NCBI RefSeq assembly: GCF_036971445.1
Contig: NC_091482.1
Coordinates: 8,742,001-8,806,000, forward strand
From: Narcine bancroftii
Taxonomy: Eukaryota
Reading direction: 5' to 3'
DNA length: 64,000 nucleotides
Position numbers and translations under genes: made by a program. Position 1 is the first letter of the stretch, and every line of letters starts with the position of its first letter. Positions 11,701 to 25,213 of the stretch are shown here, one piece after another. Below the pieces are notes generated by a model that ran no database searches, was not told the origin of the DNA, and was given only the letters and a program-made list of their open reading frames with translations.

Positions 11701-13515
11701 TATATGTGAGAATTGGGAAGATATTTACCAAAGAAAAATTGTGGGATGAGCCATCTCAATGAAAAATATTACCACCCAATCTTGTCAAGTTAACCAGGAT
11801 AGTGGTTTTTCAGTGATCCTCGAAGTTTAGCTGCATTGGTTCCACAATGACCCTTTCTGTATGACACCATATACAATGAAGTGTGGTACCAGCCAGAGTA
11901 GAATTGCAATACACAAAAGTGTTTGAGAAATTTTTTAAAGTTTCCGATTAGAACTGCAATCTCAGAGGTGATCTTGTATTGAAGTTTTGGAAACTGCATA
12001 TGTATTGAAATGAATAGTCTGAGCACTTGAGTATTTTACAAAATGGGCAGCTCTTTTCATGGATGGTTTAGTATTGCTTGAGGGGATAATATTTTGCTGA
12101 ATGTGTTAGCTAAGAATGCAAATTATTTGATTCAGTAGAAGTTTGAATTTCAAATGGCATACTCATGTCAGTATGAATCTTTAGCATGGGATATAGATCA
12201 TTTTGCTTTCTTTGTGCTCTCCTGCAATTCATTCTTAGTGTTGTAAATTCATATTTGTACAGTATTTAAGATGTACTGATTTGTAGTCCCACGGAAAGTA
12301 AGGTCCAATATGTGAGAGGCAAGACCAAAATGTTCGTCCAAGGGTTGGGTTTTTAAGAATTAGAAAGTTGAGAGAGAGGTTACTTTACAAACAAGAGCGA
12401 ACTTGTAGTTTAACTCACATCATAATTTTTTTTTAGGGAAGGAACACAAATGGGACAAAATCAAGAGACAGGGAAGAGTTGTATATACCTGTACGAGGGA
12501 ATCGGAGATGAGCACATTGCGCAATCTGTGATTTTAAGATTGTCGTTGCATCTCCTATTGTTCTCTGCATAGAGCTATCCATTGCATTTTTTTAAAGTGC
12601 CTGATCTAAACGGAAAACCTTTGTAGTTCTTTCTCCCACTGACTCCCAGCGCCATGAATTATCTGAGTTTTAAATCAGCGTAAATTACAAATCCTAAAAG
12701 TTTGCATAGCAGTTTGTTTCAAATTATCTCAATTGTAGGGAAGCTAGTTTTGTTATTTGGAACAGGTTGTGTTTACAGAGCAATGTCTAAAAGAACTGAT
12801 CAAAACAATTTCAATATTTTATCATTCATGAACTGTTTAACTGGAGGAGCAATGAGCAAAACAAAAACTTTTGTTTAAATCAACTTGTATTTTAGTCAGA
12901 TTTTTAATGTTGATGTGGGGTGTGTGCAATTGGACAGTGGTCTGGAGAAATAATTGTTTCATGTGATTGTAGATGTACAGTCCAATGGCGAACTTTAACT
13001 TTTCAAGAGGATGCGGCAGTCTTTATCCAGTTTAATTGTATTTGCTTTGACCATGAGAAATGGAGCCTTTTCTTCAACATCCATTCATCTAATTAATACA
13101 GAAGGTATTATATGCTGACTCTTTCTGGAGCAGTAGAACTTCTCCAAAGTCTTGGTACCAGTGACCTACTTTTCTATAGATAGAAACATTTCAGACTATT
13201 TAACTGTGGGGAAAACATCCTTTCTTTTGGAATATAATGGCCAAACCAACACAAATACATATTTGTAGTTACTTAGCTCCTCGATATCTGATCCATTCTC
13301 ATCAAACCAATTGTAGCAGTCCTTCATTCAGAAGCCAAGAATCTCTCCAGAGGTGCTATTCTGGTGCACTTCAGGGCATCTGGTATGCTGTGGCCACTCT
13401 GTTTCTGCAGGTCAACAGGTTGTGGGTTGTTGTCTTGAGTGCTTTGCTATTGATTCATTAAATTATGCTCAGTTCAGCAGTCAAAAGCAATTGTCACAGT
13501 TTATGACATCTTGAG

Positions 13516-13629
13516 CAGTAGGTTTCAAACTGCCCCCCTAAACTCGCATGCCACCTTAAGTGCTCTGTATTTGGTAAGGAATTGATTAAGGTGACATGTG
13601 AATTTCGAGGGGCAGTTTGAAAACCACTT
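13516..13629. mobile_element. Single-module hAT MITE (~115 bp)
   Basis: cagtaggtttcaaactgcccc ... ggggcagtttgaaaaccact inverted ends; internal sequence similar to the arms of the compound element at 43464-43838. Confidence 0.7.
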
Positions 13630-15747
13630 TCTTAGAGTCCCTCCCTCAGAAGTAAACATGTTCTGGTATCTGGACATGGGGTGTTGCCATGAGGTCTTGT
13701 GTAGAGCTATTTTATTTTAGACTGTCATTACATGGCCTATTGTTGGAGGGGTTCTCTGTGTGGAGCTATTCAATGCAACGAAAACAAACATTTGATCGAA
13801 ACTAAGACTTTTATAGTGTTCTTTATCCCACTGATTTCCCAGCACCAGTAAATTATTGGAGTTTCAATCCTGTGTGGAATTGCAAATTATAAAAAGTCAT
13901 GACTCTGAAACAAGGTATATCGGCTCTGAAAGGACCAAACTTGCCAACATTTTGTTAAAATTTCCTTCTGTCTTGATCACACTTTCCAGAGGGTGGTGTC
14001 TTTGCACTATGTACAGTGGAAGCCCCATTTTCTGTCAGATATGTGAATTTTTTGGTTGACTGAGACTCACCCTTCCGATGCCTAGCTAATATACCTGCAT
14101 TAAGAATACACTCTTTAAAAGACAATGGAAAATGTAACTTGAACAAAAACAGTATTGTCTTTTATTGTGTAAAGTTCACTTTAACCAGGTAGTTCCCATA
14201 ACTTACAGAATTTAAATTTGAACCCTGTTCTCCAACGCTGTAACAGCGTTGCGCTAGCTGCTATGCTAACTGTCGCACTGTCATAATCCCCCCCCCCCCC
14301 CACCCACCCCCAAAGCTTACAGATGAAGCCTTACTAATATACTGATCAAGATAGGGAGACACTTTGGGGAAAGTCACCTCAGCGGCGTCAGCCGGTTCTT
14401 CACCCTGGGTGTCGCCATTTTGTTCAAACACCACTTTATTCAAACAGCTGCTGCAGGTGGGACATGACCAGAGGACTCCACTGGCTGAATGGTTTCTTCC
14501 AAGGTGTTATGTTGCTTTGGAGAACATTTACTTTTACAATTTTAAACTTTTATTTAAAACTTTATTTATTCTGATTTATTTATTTCCTCTTTTTGCTGGT
14601 TGTTTGAGTTTCTAGTTAATTGTGTGCTGCATAATAGGGATTTTGCAGAGAAGTTTTCAAGGAGGATCAATGACCTCTCTCTAGGATGCAGATAAGATTT
14701 TTTTATTGTTAGAATTGGTTCTCTTTGGTCTCTGTAGTGTTATTTTTGTTTAGAAAGAGAATCAAAGGGTCATGAGGCATTTAGTAATTCTGCAGAAGAA
14801 ATCAATAAGGTGACAGGTGAAGATCACTACATGAAGACGACACTCCTCTTCCTGCTTGCCCCTCCAGAAGGTACTTTGTTCTTTAAATTAGTCACCTTGC
14901 ATTTTACTTAGCAGGATAATCTCAAAGCATCAGAGCCAGCTTTGTGTTTGAGGGGAGGAAAGTGGACAAGTGTGGAACCAGAGAACAGTGGGAATATTGC
15001 AGATGTGTAGTCAGGGCCAGGAACTCAACTGGAAGCAAGGAAGGAGGCAGTGAGCAAAGCCTCTTGCCCATTATTTCCATTATTCAAAAGTGTTTAAACC
15101 AGTAATGACATTCCTCTGATAAACTAGGATGTTTTGTCAAGAACATTTCAGACAAATTCTTGCATTCAGATAGTTCCCCCTCAACTTTCTTCTACACCTG
15201 TGTCCAATGTGCAACATGACAGGGTACTCCAGTTGCTTCGTATGACTTGGACACGTTTTGCATAAAATGTGGGGCTACCTGATGTTCACGCTGTGTACAG
15301 TTTTTTTTAACCTACCAATTAGTGGTAATTCTGTGGCATCCACAGGAAAAAGGAATCTCAGGCTTGTATGTGAATGTCATGTATGGACTCTAACAATAAA
15401 TGTGAAATCTATTTATTCAAGAGACAAATGGTAATATGTTCAGGGCTTTAATACAGAATTTGAAACAAGGCATTTTTTTTTTAGGTTATTTCTTTGTCTT
15501 TTGTCTCACACCTTTGGGTATTAATGGTAGCCTATGGATAGAAGGTCTTGTCACTTTATGCCAGAACCTGATGCACATCTGATATGTTGCTAGGTAAAAT
15601 GATCCGCAGTGGTCATCAGATATTCAAGAAAAGTGAACTAATCAGCATGGACAAAAGAAATATAGTATTTTTTATAAGCTGTCAACATCCACTTAACAAA
15701 TCTTGTTCTTGGCAATTGTCTCATTACTGCGTCATTCAAATGTAAGG

Positions 15748-15990
15748 GGAGCGAGGTTACCGTAGGGGATTAGCACAACTCTGTTACAGTGCCATTGACC
15801 CATGTTCGAATCCCACATTGTCTGTAAGGATTTTATATGTTCTCCCTGTGTCTGCATGGGTTTTCCCCGGGGACTCCGGTTTCCTCCCACCCTTCAAAAT
15901 CTACAAAATTGTAGGTTAATTTGGGTGTAATTGGACGGCATGGGTTTAAGAGGCCAGAATTGGCTTCTACTGGGCTGTAAATAAATTTTT
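15748..15990 (+). mobile_element. tRNA-derived SINE
   Basis: B-box gttcgaatcc, core tccggtttcctcccacc, AT-rich tail. Confidence 0.85.
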
Positions 15991-16448
15991 TTTTTAAATA
16001 ACTTTAATCATGAACTAAACAAGAAACATATGCTGTGTTTCTAATCCAACGCACAAAACTAGTAGAGTTGGAGAACCTTAGCAGGCTGCACAGCATCTCT
16101 AGGAAGTAAAAGGTAACCCAACATTTTGGCCCTGAGCCCTTCCTTTAAAAGCATGCCATATAGACATTCACAAACTGGAATCTACCCAAATCTGCTCTCT
16201 TTGGAGAAGAGAGATTTCAGTGTCCTCTAATGTATTATAATTTTCAGATGGGTGTAAAATGCTGTTTGTTTATAGTGTCTGTTGATGTTCATTGCTAAGA
16301 TTTTCTTTATTTTTAGTGAAGCAAAGACTATGTATATCTGTGAACGTGACCAGACCTTGACTCATTTTCGTCCGGCTTGTGCATACCAACCACGGAGGGA
16401 CAGATTAAGCCAACAGTGTGTAGAGTCACCATTTATCTTCAGAGAGAC

Positions 16449-16662
16449 ATGTCTGGGGACACCTGCTTAACTTCACCTTGTCCTTCCTCTGGAGCCAAAC
16501 CCAAGGCCATCAGCTTTAAAGGAGGAAGCATGGGGAACAAATACATCAGGTTAAATGTTGGAGGCTCGCTGTACTATACCACAGTTCAGATTTTAACCAG
16601 ACATGACACCATGCTGAAGGCAATGTTTAGTGGAAGAATGGAAGTACTGACTGACAAAGAAG
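16449..16662 (+). CDS. TNFAIP1: TNFAIP1 (BACURD2, BTB adaptor of CUL3) first coding exon, 214 coding nt
   Basis: MSGDTCL...[42 protein letters not shown]; the MSGDTCL start and IFT20 adjacency distinguish it from KCTD10/KCTD13; donor gtgatt; acceptors at 16316 or 16442. Confidence 0.96.
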
Positions 16663-18604
16663 GTGATTTTATGCTTCAAGTGATACTTTAAAGATTTGCA
16701 TTTATGTAGCATCCTACGCTACTTTAGGCAATGTCAAAGTACCTCAGCCATTTCAAATACTTTTGAAGTGTAGACACCGTTCCTGGCAACCAGTCTGTAC
16801 AGAAAGCTCTCAGCATGACTTCAGGGTAGCCTAAAAGACAAATGGTAGCAGAGCAGTATGAATACCAATGTTCTAAAATATACAGAAATGGTAGGATGTT
16901 TTTTCTCCTTTTTTTAAAAAAAACTTTCCTCTTTAGCAAAAAATGTTAAGTATCTTCAGTGGACAAGATTGTTTAGCGTAATGAATGCAACCATGTCAGA
17001 CCCATTATTAGACTATTATATTAAAATAACTAGGATTTTTAAAAAGTTTAATTTTAGTTTACCCTATCAGTTACAATGTCACACTAATCTGTTGTTTGCA
17101 GTCTATGTATTTGCATTGCGACTTGTAGATACTTCATGGTACAAGTTGAACAGATTATTTTGCATGGAGGAATAATACTCCTAGATGATAAATTGGAAAC
17201 CAGTCAAGGCTACAGTATTGAATGTAGTTGCAGGGCCAAGGTCCATGCTGCACCAAGAAAACTGGAGAGTAGATACACTAAAGTGTGTTCTGCTGATGCA
17301 AAGTATGCAGGTTAAAACTTTGGAGGAAGTGAAGGTGTGAGGGAGGTTTAACATTTCCAGCACTGTGGTCCTAGGAAGGTTAGTGTGTAAAAGTATTTGT
17401 TATCCTGATTCGGACCTTAATCTGACCATTTTCACCTTGTACTAATAAGTCGTATGAAAAGGGAGGGCATAGTTGATATTTTGGAATTGTTTTTTGAAAC
17501 TGATATCCTTCTGCAGCAATTAAATGTTACAAATATTATTTACCTCAAGGTATGTTGGTGAATATCTTCTCAGTGTAATTCCTTGCTTTTAATACCTTTT
17601 ATTGTCCTGTAAAGCAGTTCAGTTCCTCCATGATTCTTTCCTTCGTGTTCTCTTGAGTAGTTTGCTCCACTGGCCTAATGGAGGAAGGGCAACTTTAAAC
17701 TATATAGATGTCTTTAAAAGCAAAACTTGTAATGTCTACACCATATTCCAAATAATTTAATTGGTAGCTGTAGCAAAGCATTTGGCCCTGTCATTTCTTG
17801 TTTGGGTGAGAAAAGGCCACACCAGATAATAAAAGGAAACAAACTTGTGATTTAAAAAAATAAATAAATCAACTAAGATGCAGTTGCTGGGTTAGACTAT
17901 GTTTAATGAAGTGACATTTGATTTTTTTTTCTGGATGTACCTACGGAGCTGGTAGAGTATAACAGGTATAATAATTTTTAATTTTCAATATGTATTAAGT
18001 CAAGATCCATATGCAGAACTGACAAGTTATAATTGGCATGAAATTAGATTGTAAATATCTTAATGGAAGAGTTAAGTTGGAGTGGAGAAAAAGGGGAGGC
18101 AGGTAGTGACTAATTAAGAATAAGTTGTATTGAATTCAGTTTTAAAAATCAAATACATAAAGTCATCATTGTCTGCTTATGTATGAACATAGTGTATGTC
18201 TAGAAAAGCTGGAATGGCATCAGATCAACAACCTTCAGCTATGAAAGTGCTTCTAGTTGAGTCAATTTGCCACTGAGGGATACAAGATTAAATCTAAATA
18301 ATGAGACTATAGAAAAGTCAACAAAGTAAAGCATATTTAGCTTTGATAATGCTAATCGTTTGCTGCAAGTTTAATTGCAGGGTAAATAGAAACAGGAGAA
18401 TCTTTCCACTAGCAATTGGGAGTTGTGTGAAACCTAGTAGGTTGTACAAAAAGGATAGAATAACTTTTTATCAATAACGTTGTTCTTGCATTTAAGTAAT
18501 GTATGTGGTAAACCCTTGAAGGTATTTGTATTAAAGAAACTTCGGATGTAAAAGATACTTGCTTAAATTGAGCTCCTTATTATATTGTATTTTTTACAAA
18601 ACAG

Positions 18605-18774
18605 GTTGGATTCTTATCGACCGTTGTGGGAAACATTTTGGCACTGTTTTGAACTACCTGAGGGATGACTCGACTATCCTGCCGAAGAATAGGCGTGAAA
18701 TAAAGGAACTGTTGGCAGAGGCAAAATATTACCTCATTCAAGGTCTAGTTGATATCTGTCAGACAGCTTTACAG
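18605..18774 (+). CDS. TNFAIP1: TNFAIP1 coding exon 2 ([13 protein letters not shown]...CQTALQ), 170 nt
   Basis: BTB/T1 domain; acag acceptor, gtaact donor; phases consistent. Confidence 0.97.
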
Positions 18775-18915
18775 GTAACTTGCAGGTGCTGTCCCTTGGT
18801 TTCGCTTCTATTACCAAATGTAATTTAATGGACTGTTTTTATTTTCTATGTGGGAGGTGTAATAGTTGGGAATAATTTTAATTTAAATTGCTCTGAAACG
18901 TGCAGTAAATGGTAT

Positions 18916-19091
18916 GGTGAGAAATGTGGGCCTGGGTGAGAAATGTGGGCCTGGGTGAGAAATGTGGGCCTGGGTGAGAAATGTGGGCCTGGGTGAGAAA
19001 TGTGGGCCTGGGTGAGAAATGTGGGCCTGGGTGAGAAATGTGGGCCTGGGTGAGAAATGTGGGCCTGGGTGAGAAATGTGGGCCTGGGTGA
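18916..19091 (+). repeat. Minisatellite, 19-bp unit ggtgagaaatgtgggcctg x ~9.3, perfect
   Basis: Direct reading. Confidence 0.97.
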
Positions 19092-19756
19092 ATGATCTGA
19101 AGATGGGTTCAATCCCCCTCATGACAGGTTGGAAATTTTAAATTGTTTCATGAAGTGAACTTGGCCTTTTTAGAAGCATTTAGGGAAAGAAATCTGCTGC
19201 TTATGCTAGGTATGTCCTGTATATGACTCCAGGCCCCATGTGGTTGACTTCACTTTGAAATGACCTGGTGAGCCATTCAAATCCTGCAGTTAGGAAAAGG
19301 CCAAGAGATGCTGACCTTGAATGATGCCCACATCCTGTGAATGAATACATTTCTGGAAACAAAATCCATAGGGTGGAAAGAAGTTAGAGAATGAAGAAGC
19401 TGACTGAGAGCTGATGGAATTAGTGGTTCCTGAGTTCACTTTAAATGCAGAAAGATCATGTTTGCTGAAAACTCTTGGGCAACCTTTTTTATTCTGCCTG
19501 GTGTAAAACCAGGGAGTTGATAAAAATTGTGCAGCTGGTAAAACCTTCTGGCAGCACGGTGCACCTCGCATGACCCAGCCCTAAAAGACCATTCTTTCCA
19601 CTGCCTCGTGCAGCAGGAATAGTTTGCTGCCCTGAGCTAAAGTTAGATTGTGGTCCCCATAGCAACCTCGAACCATTGTACTTGTGAAGAAAAGTTCATT
19701 CATTGACTGTCTCTAACTCTGAATTGATGATGTAATTTCCCCCCCCCCCCCCTTAG

Positions 19757-19846
19757 GAAAAGAATGAATGCTGTGAAGTTGCTTGCACAATCCCCATGAT
19801 GACTTCTCCCAAGGAGGAAGAAAGACTCATTGAAAGTTGTGCTAAG
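19757..19846 (+). CDS. TNFAIP1: TNFAIP1 coding exon 3 ([30 protein letters not shown]), 90 nt
   Basis: Similar to mammalian ...[21 protein letters not shown]; acceptor ccttag, weak donor gtctca. Confidence 0.93.
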
Positions 19847-19935
19847 GTCTCAAGACTATTGTCTCTTTTATTGGAAGAACCTATTTTGTCCAAGATGACT
19901 GGTATTAACTAACTCCCTGAATCTTTTCTTAACAG

Positions 19936-19988
19936 CCAGTCGTGAAACTGCTGCATAACAGAAGCAACAACAAGTATTCCTACACCAG
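19936..19988 (+). CDS. TNFAIP1: TNFAIP1 coding exon 4 (PVVKLLHNRSNNKYSYT+S), 53 nt
   Basis: Conserved NRSNNKYSYTS motif; aacag acceptor, gtacga donor. Confidence 0.97.
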
Positions 19989-21525
19989 GTACGATGCTGC
20001 CTCTGTTCTCATTCAATCAAGTTAGATTGGCTTATTTGGATTCTTTTAAATTATTACTTTGAACTGTGTCTAGCATTTGTACAATAATACACCTTTCAGG
20101 AGATCATTCAAAGATGGTGGAAAATCAAAGTGATTCTGTAAGTTTTAATGCAAGGCCTATCTCTTAAAAAAACAAATTGGAAATGGGACACATTGTCAGC
20201 AGTTAACCTGCTATTTCTTGAGCAACAATCCTTCTCCCGGAGATGTTATTAAAGGGTTTTAAAAGTGGATAGCAGTTATTTTCCAAAAGAGTTAAATATT
20301 TTAAACTTTTTTTTCCACCCCACATATCAATTCATTCACTTCCTCTCTTCTCCCCACTCCTTCCTTCACCCCCCCAACAAATTATTTTTAACTTCTGTAC
20401 CTCTCACTTTTCTTTAAAAAGCAATGCATTCGTCACAAATTGTTTAATACAATTAGCACTGAATGATAGTAATTTTCAGGGTGCTGGTTATTCAGGGAGA
20501 GAAACGCTTAAAAGCCAGGGTAACAAATTTGCTTGCAGCAGAAGAATGAAAAGTTTTGGATGTAATGCAAGTTCTTCATGATCTGTATTTAAATCATGGG
20601 CTTGATATCTTGACAGTTGAAGAATCATCTCATTTGTGGGTGTGTAAACATCCATTTCAAGTATTTGTTGCCAAAGGTTAGCCAAAGAACTGGGTTGTGG
20701 GGAAAAAGGATGTTAATTTAGTGAGTAAACGGAGAACCAAACAAGTAAAGGAAACCGGTCCCAATAAAAGCAGGACAATTTCCCCAGTAAAATGGGGAAT
20801 AAAAGACATTTATGTACAAATAATGAATAACTGATTATCTAAAAAAAAATACTGGAACATTGTTGTTAATTATTGAAAACTACCAAGTCACACCTCTGCT
20901 CCTTGAGAAATGTATAAAGTTAGACAAAAAGTTATTCGCTTCAGTAGAAGGATCTCCAAGCAATAATCTCATTATTATTTAATTGCTTTACCTTTCAACC
21001 TTATTGGTTGCTGGTGCTCTGGGTTTTTTAATAATTAAATCCTAAATCAGAATGTCAAGATCTGTTTGGATCGATGGCTTGAGATGTATGCAGGCTGATT
21101 CAGATATTGATTTTGAACTTGATGTGTGGTCTCATGAAATAGATCTTAACAAACCACAAATGTAAAGCTTGGATGGGTTCCTGTTAACCTTCAAACCAGC
21201 ATATGCTGTACATACAAATTTCTGAAAGTTCATAATCCTTTTGTTTCCAAACCTAATAATGAATATAAATTTAGTCTGCATTATAATGGTGCAGGTAGTC
21301 AATTTTGTTCATTTCTGATGGTTTAACAAAATTAAACCAAGATTCAAACCTTTATTATGCTTAATTTTGTATGTCAAAGACTGCAAAATAAATTTGTTTT
21401 GGTGGTTGTAACTTGAAATGCTCTCCGATTATCCAAACAAGGTTTCAAGATCTTCTGCATAATATAAAACTGCAGTGTTGCTGTGCTTTATATCCAATTA
21501 TTTAACTTTAATTTTGATTATTCAG

Positions 21526-21721
21526 CAACTCTGATGACAATTTGTTGAAGAATGTTGAGCTATTTGACAAACTGTCCTTAAGATTTAATGGAAGAGTGCT
21601 TTTTATGAAAGATGTCTTGGGAGATGAGATTTGCTGCTGGTCGTTTTATGGGCAGGGCCGCAAGCTTGCTGAGGTTTGCTGCACCTCCATTGTGTATGCA
21701 ACAGAAAAGAAACAAACCAAG
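21526..21721 (+). CDS. TNFAIP1: TNFAIP1 coding exon 5 ([20 protein letters not shown]...YATEKKQTK), 196 nt
   Basis: Highly conserved BACURD C-terminal domain; ttcag acceptor, gtatgt donor. Confidence 0.97.
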
Positions 21722-21957
21722 GTATGTGAAAAATAACCATAGAAAGTAAACTTATAAAGTCTAACATTTTAAAGTGTTTGCTTAGTAGTATCCCAACATA
21801 GTAGGAGTAGATCATGTGCCCCATTGAGTCTTCATCACCATTCAATAAGATCTGGCTGTAGACTGAGCTCCATCTTCCTGTCTTTTCCATAACCCTTAAT
21901 TTCCCCTAGTAAAAATATATCTGTGCCTTAAATATGTTTAATGAGGTAACCCCATCT

Positions 21958-22132
21958 GCAGTTGTTCGCAACCTTTTCTCTTCCCCTCCCCCCCCCACCC
22001 CCCACATACCACCTCAAGTGATCTCTTGCCATCCTCAGAGCACCTATGACATAGGAGGTCACAGACGCTCTGTGGTTAGTGAGGGATGGCTTAAGATGGT
22101 ATCTGAGTGGAGAAGAAAGGTTGAGAACCATT
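21958..22132. mobile_element. Single-module hAT MITE
   Basis: cagttgttcgcaacc ... ggttgagaaccattg inverted ends; same internal motif as the compound-element arms. Confidence 0.65.
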
Positions 22133-22579
22133 GCCCTAATATTTCCTTGCTCAGGATTTGATGAATCCTGTCTCATACAAATGGTAGCAATAAGGCTTTC
22201 ATTCATTGGGTTAAAATTATGTTGTGGTTGGATTATTTTGAAAAAGTTACAAATAATATTAAAGGTTTTCCTGGATGTATCCAAATGACATTTTGAGGCA
22301 AGATTTCAGCATTTTATATTAAAAGTTGGAGGTGGATCATCATATAGAAAAATTTAAAGGAATATTGCAAAATAGTCAATGGTTCGTTTCGCCTAACATG
22401 TTGATTCAACTCTAAGATGAGTCATTGAGAAAAAATATTATCCTCCCTGCCGAGTGTCCAGACAGATTAATGTGGAGTATTTTGTCGTCATGTTTGTATA
22501 CCTGAAAGGAAATTTAAGATCATGTCACATTCTCCAGCTAGAAATTTCCAGCTTGAATGGTCATCTTTTTCTTGTGCAG

Positions 22580-22816
22580 GTGGAATTTCCTGAAGCAAGA
22601 ATTTATGAAGAGACATTGAATGTCTTGCTTTATGAAACACCGCGAGTACCCGATAACTTGCTGCTGGAGGCTACTAGTCGTACATCTGTTCAAGGATCGC
22701 ACAGTGAAGACGAGGAGGCGTTGGAAATTAGAGATCGTGTACGTAGAATACATGTGAAGAGGTACAGCTCGTATGATGACAGACCTCTTGGACACCAGCC
22801 TGCCTACAGAGACTAA
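22580..22816 (+). CDS. TNFAIP1: TNFAIP1 last coding exon ([19 protein letters not shown]...HQPAYRD*), 237 nt; total CDS 960 nt = 319 aa
   Basis: Conserved [14 protein letters not shown] and [10 protein letters not shown]; gtgcag acceptor; TAA stop. Confidence 0.97.
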   Translation: MEFPEARIYEETLNVLLYETPRVPDNLLLEATSRTSVQGSHSEDEEALEIRDRVRRIHVKRYSSYDDRPLGHQPAYRD

Positions 22817-23768
22817 AACTAACCAGATTCTCGGGTATGGCAAAACATGTACAATTTTTTCAAAATTGGTTCTAATGGTCGCCACTGTGCAGATAATCCT
22901 GGAATATGAAGAAAACTGACTGATGGCAGAGGGAAAGCTGTGTGCTTTTGTTTAATTTTCTTTCATTTGTTAAGTCAATTTTCGTCTGGGGGTGGGGGGG
23001 GGGGGGGGAGTTTTAGGTAGTGCTGAAATGCATCTTGTAGCTTGTGTATGAATATTCCTCAATTATAAACTATCCTGTTGATGTTCCTAAAAAAATCTAA
23101 GGAGATTTTAACTTGTTACAGCATTTGCTTCATCTTATGACAGTGGGAGTTCAATAGCTTTGAGTTGTTATTCTGTTTTAACCAGAGGTGGGTTAACACT
23201 ACCATCATTCCCAGATAGTTGCTACACACTTTCTGAAGATTATGGAGGCTTTAGATCAAGTGCCCCTCCCCTTTTTTTAACCATTGTTACTCTATATTGA
23301 ATTTTGTTCTTGTATCATGGAGAAGTCCAAATGTGTGCCTGATCTGAAATAGCTGTGAATTTCATACTTTGCTCTCGTTCTTGTTGGTTTTACATCAGTA
23401 TCGCATTCCAAGGCTGTTGAGGAAGAGTTAAATTATACCTTTTGGAATATTTCAGTCAAATGTTGCTACATTACATTTTTTTTAAAAATGAGGGGGGAGT
23501 GAACTGGAGAGAATGAGATGTAATTTTCATTTCTTCATCTCTTCCTAAGTATTCTTTCAGGTTATTGCCATTGCAAAAGTAATACTTCAGACACCTAACT
23601 TTGTTTTGTGCAGTTTACAACATCTGGGATTGAAGTGTGTTCACAAACTTAAGAATTTTCCTTTGTTACAAACTTTGTAGAATTCTGGTGAGATATTTCG
23701 TGTTTTTAATCCAGTTCAGTTTTTTTGTTAACATGCAGTGTGGAATTATTCTTATTTTCTCCCTGTAA

Positions 23769-23774
23769 AATAAA
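23769..23774 (+). terminator. Candidate TNFAIP1 polyadenylation signal (others at ~27140 and 27412-27417)
   Basis: AATAAA about 950 nt after the stop, with GU/U-rich sequence downstream; usage unverified. Confidence 0.45.
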
Positions 23775-24949
23775 GGTAACATAGATTTGCATGTATAAGT
23801 TTGCTTTGATTGGACTGAATGTTAAATTTAGTGTTTATATTTGTGTACCCGCTGTTTTTCTTCTGAACTGGATTGCTTCAAACTAGTTTCTCTCATTTAG
23901 GGCAGAATAGTGATGTCTCTGGTATTTGCCTGAAGTAAACCTGCAGTTTGTTTAATGCAATTTTTTAATGAATTTATATTTAAATGTGTAAGTGATTCAA
24001 GCAAACAAAGGTTTGACTTTCAACCAGAACAGTTTTCAGTTGGTATTTTAGAACTGCTTGTTAACATATGGTAGAGTCCTTCTGTGCACCGATACTGTCT
24101 TTGGGTCAGAAGTAGTATGAAGAGTTTATACCTTTTCTACCATTTCCCATCTTTCCTAGGTTTTGTAGAGTCAGAAAGGAAACTGCTGACAGGAGAACCA
24201 ATCGTTGTCCTGATGTGTGGCTGAGATATAATTGAGTCTAAATCAGGTCATGTGAATAATAACAGAAGCAAAGGTTTTATCTTGAGTGGTTTTGCCCCAA
24301 AAAGCACAAATGCATCATTTTTGGGGAACGACTTGCCCCAGCACCAGTAATGAGTTCACAAAAGCTCATCAAATTAACCACATGATGAATTTTCTAGGTA
24401 TTTATACTTTAAGTTGGTCTTGCCCAAAGAGCTAGAATCGTTCCCAAACTGTGTAGATACGTCCACGACAGAAGCAACGTCTCCATGTAAAATGGTCTGG
24501 TATTCCAATCTTCCCAGTAGCCTGGGTTCTGTGAATTACTCACCAGTCTGAGAGGTCATAAACAGAGGACTTCGAAAACATCATTGTGCCTTTTGACCCT
24601 TGGTTTTCACAGAGAGACCTCCTTGATAGGTGCCCTAAAGACTCGTTAATGGACCAATACCTGCTACAATCTCTTCATTCCTGACCTTGCTGAGTCGATT
24701 CAGTTTTTCACAGGATTCCTGTCTTTCTGAATACTACAACATAGAAAATGAACTACTCTCTATTTTGATGTTTGAAATGGGTCATTTTCATGTTAAATAA
24801 GCAAGGGATGGAACAAAATTAATGTAATATAGCGACAGTAACATGGATAGCAGCCCAGCTAGGGAGTGAACTGAAAAGGCCATTCTAGTTCTAGTTATTT
24901 AATATCTACAACATCTGATGTGTTAGTTAAAGAAGCTGATGAACGTGGT

Positions 24950-25213
24950 TTGGTACAGTTAGCATTAGTAGTTAACACAACACTGTTGATAGCACCAGCA
25001 ATTGGGACAGGGGTTCGAATCCCGTACAGTCTGTAAGTAGTTGATACGTTCTCCCGCGTGTCTCTCTGGGTTTTTCCCAGGAGCTCCGGTCTCCTCCCAC
25101 CATTCAAAATGTACATGGGGTTGTAGGTTAATTGGATGTAATTGGGTGGCACAGTCTTGTGGGCTGAATGGGCCTGTACCATGCTGTATGTGTCTAATTT
25201 TAATTTAAATTTA
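24950..25213 (+). mobile_element. tRNA-derived V-domain-type SINE
   Basis: B-box gggttcgaatcc 25011-25022, central ggagctccggtctcctcccacc, (tttaaa)n-like tail. Confidence 0.88.

Noticed and set aside
16449-22816. Assignment as KCTD10 or KCTD13
   Set aside because: N-terminal MSGDTCL, C-terminal HVKRYS-YDDR and head-to-head position with IFT20 fit TNFAIP1.
24950-25030. tRNA genes suggested by GTTCGAATCC B-boxes
   Set aside because: Each is the head of a SINE and does not fold into a complete cloverleaf.
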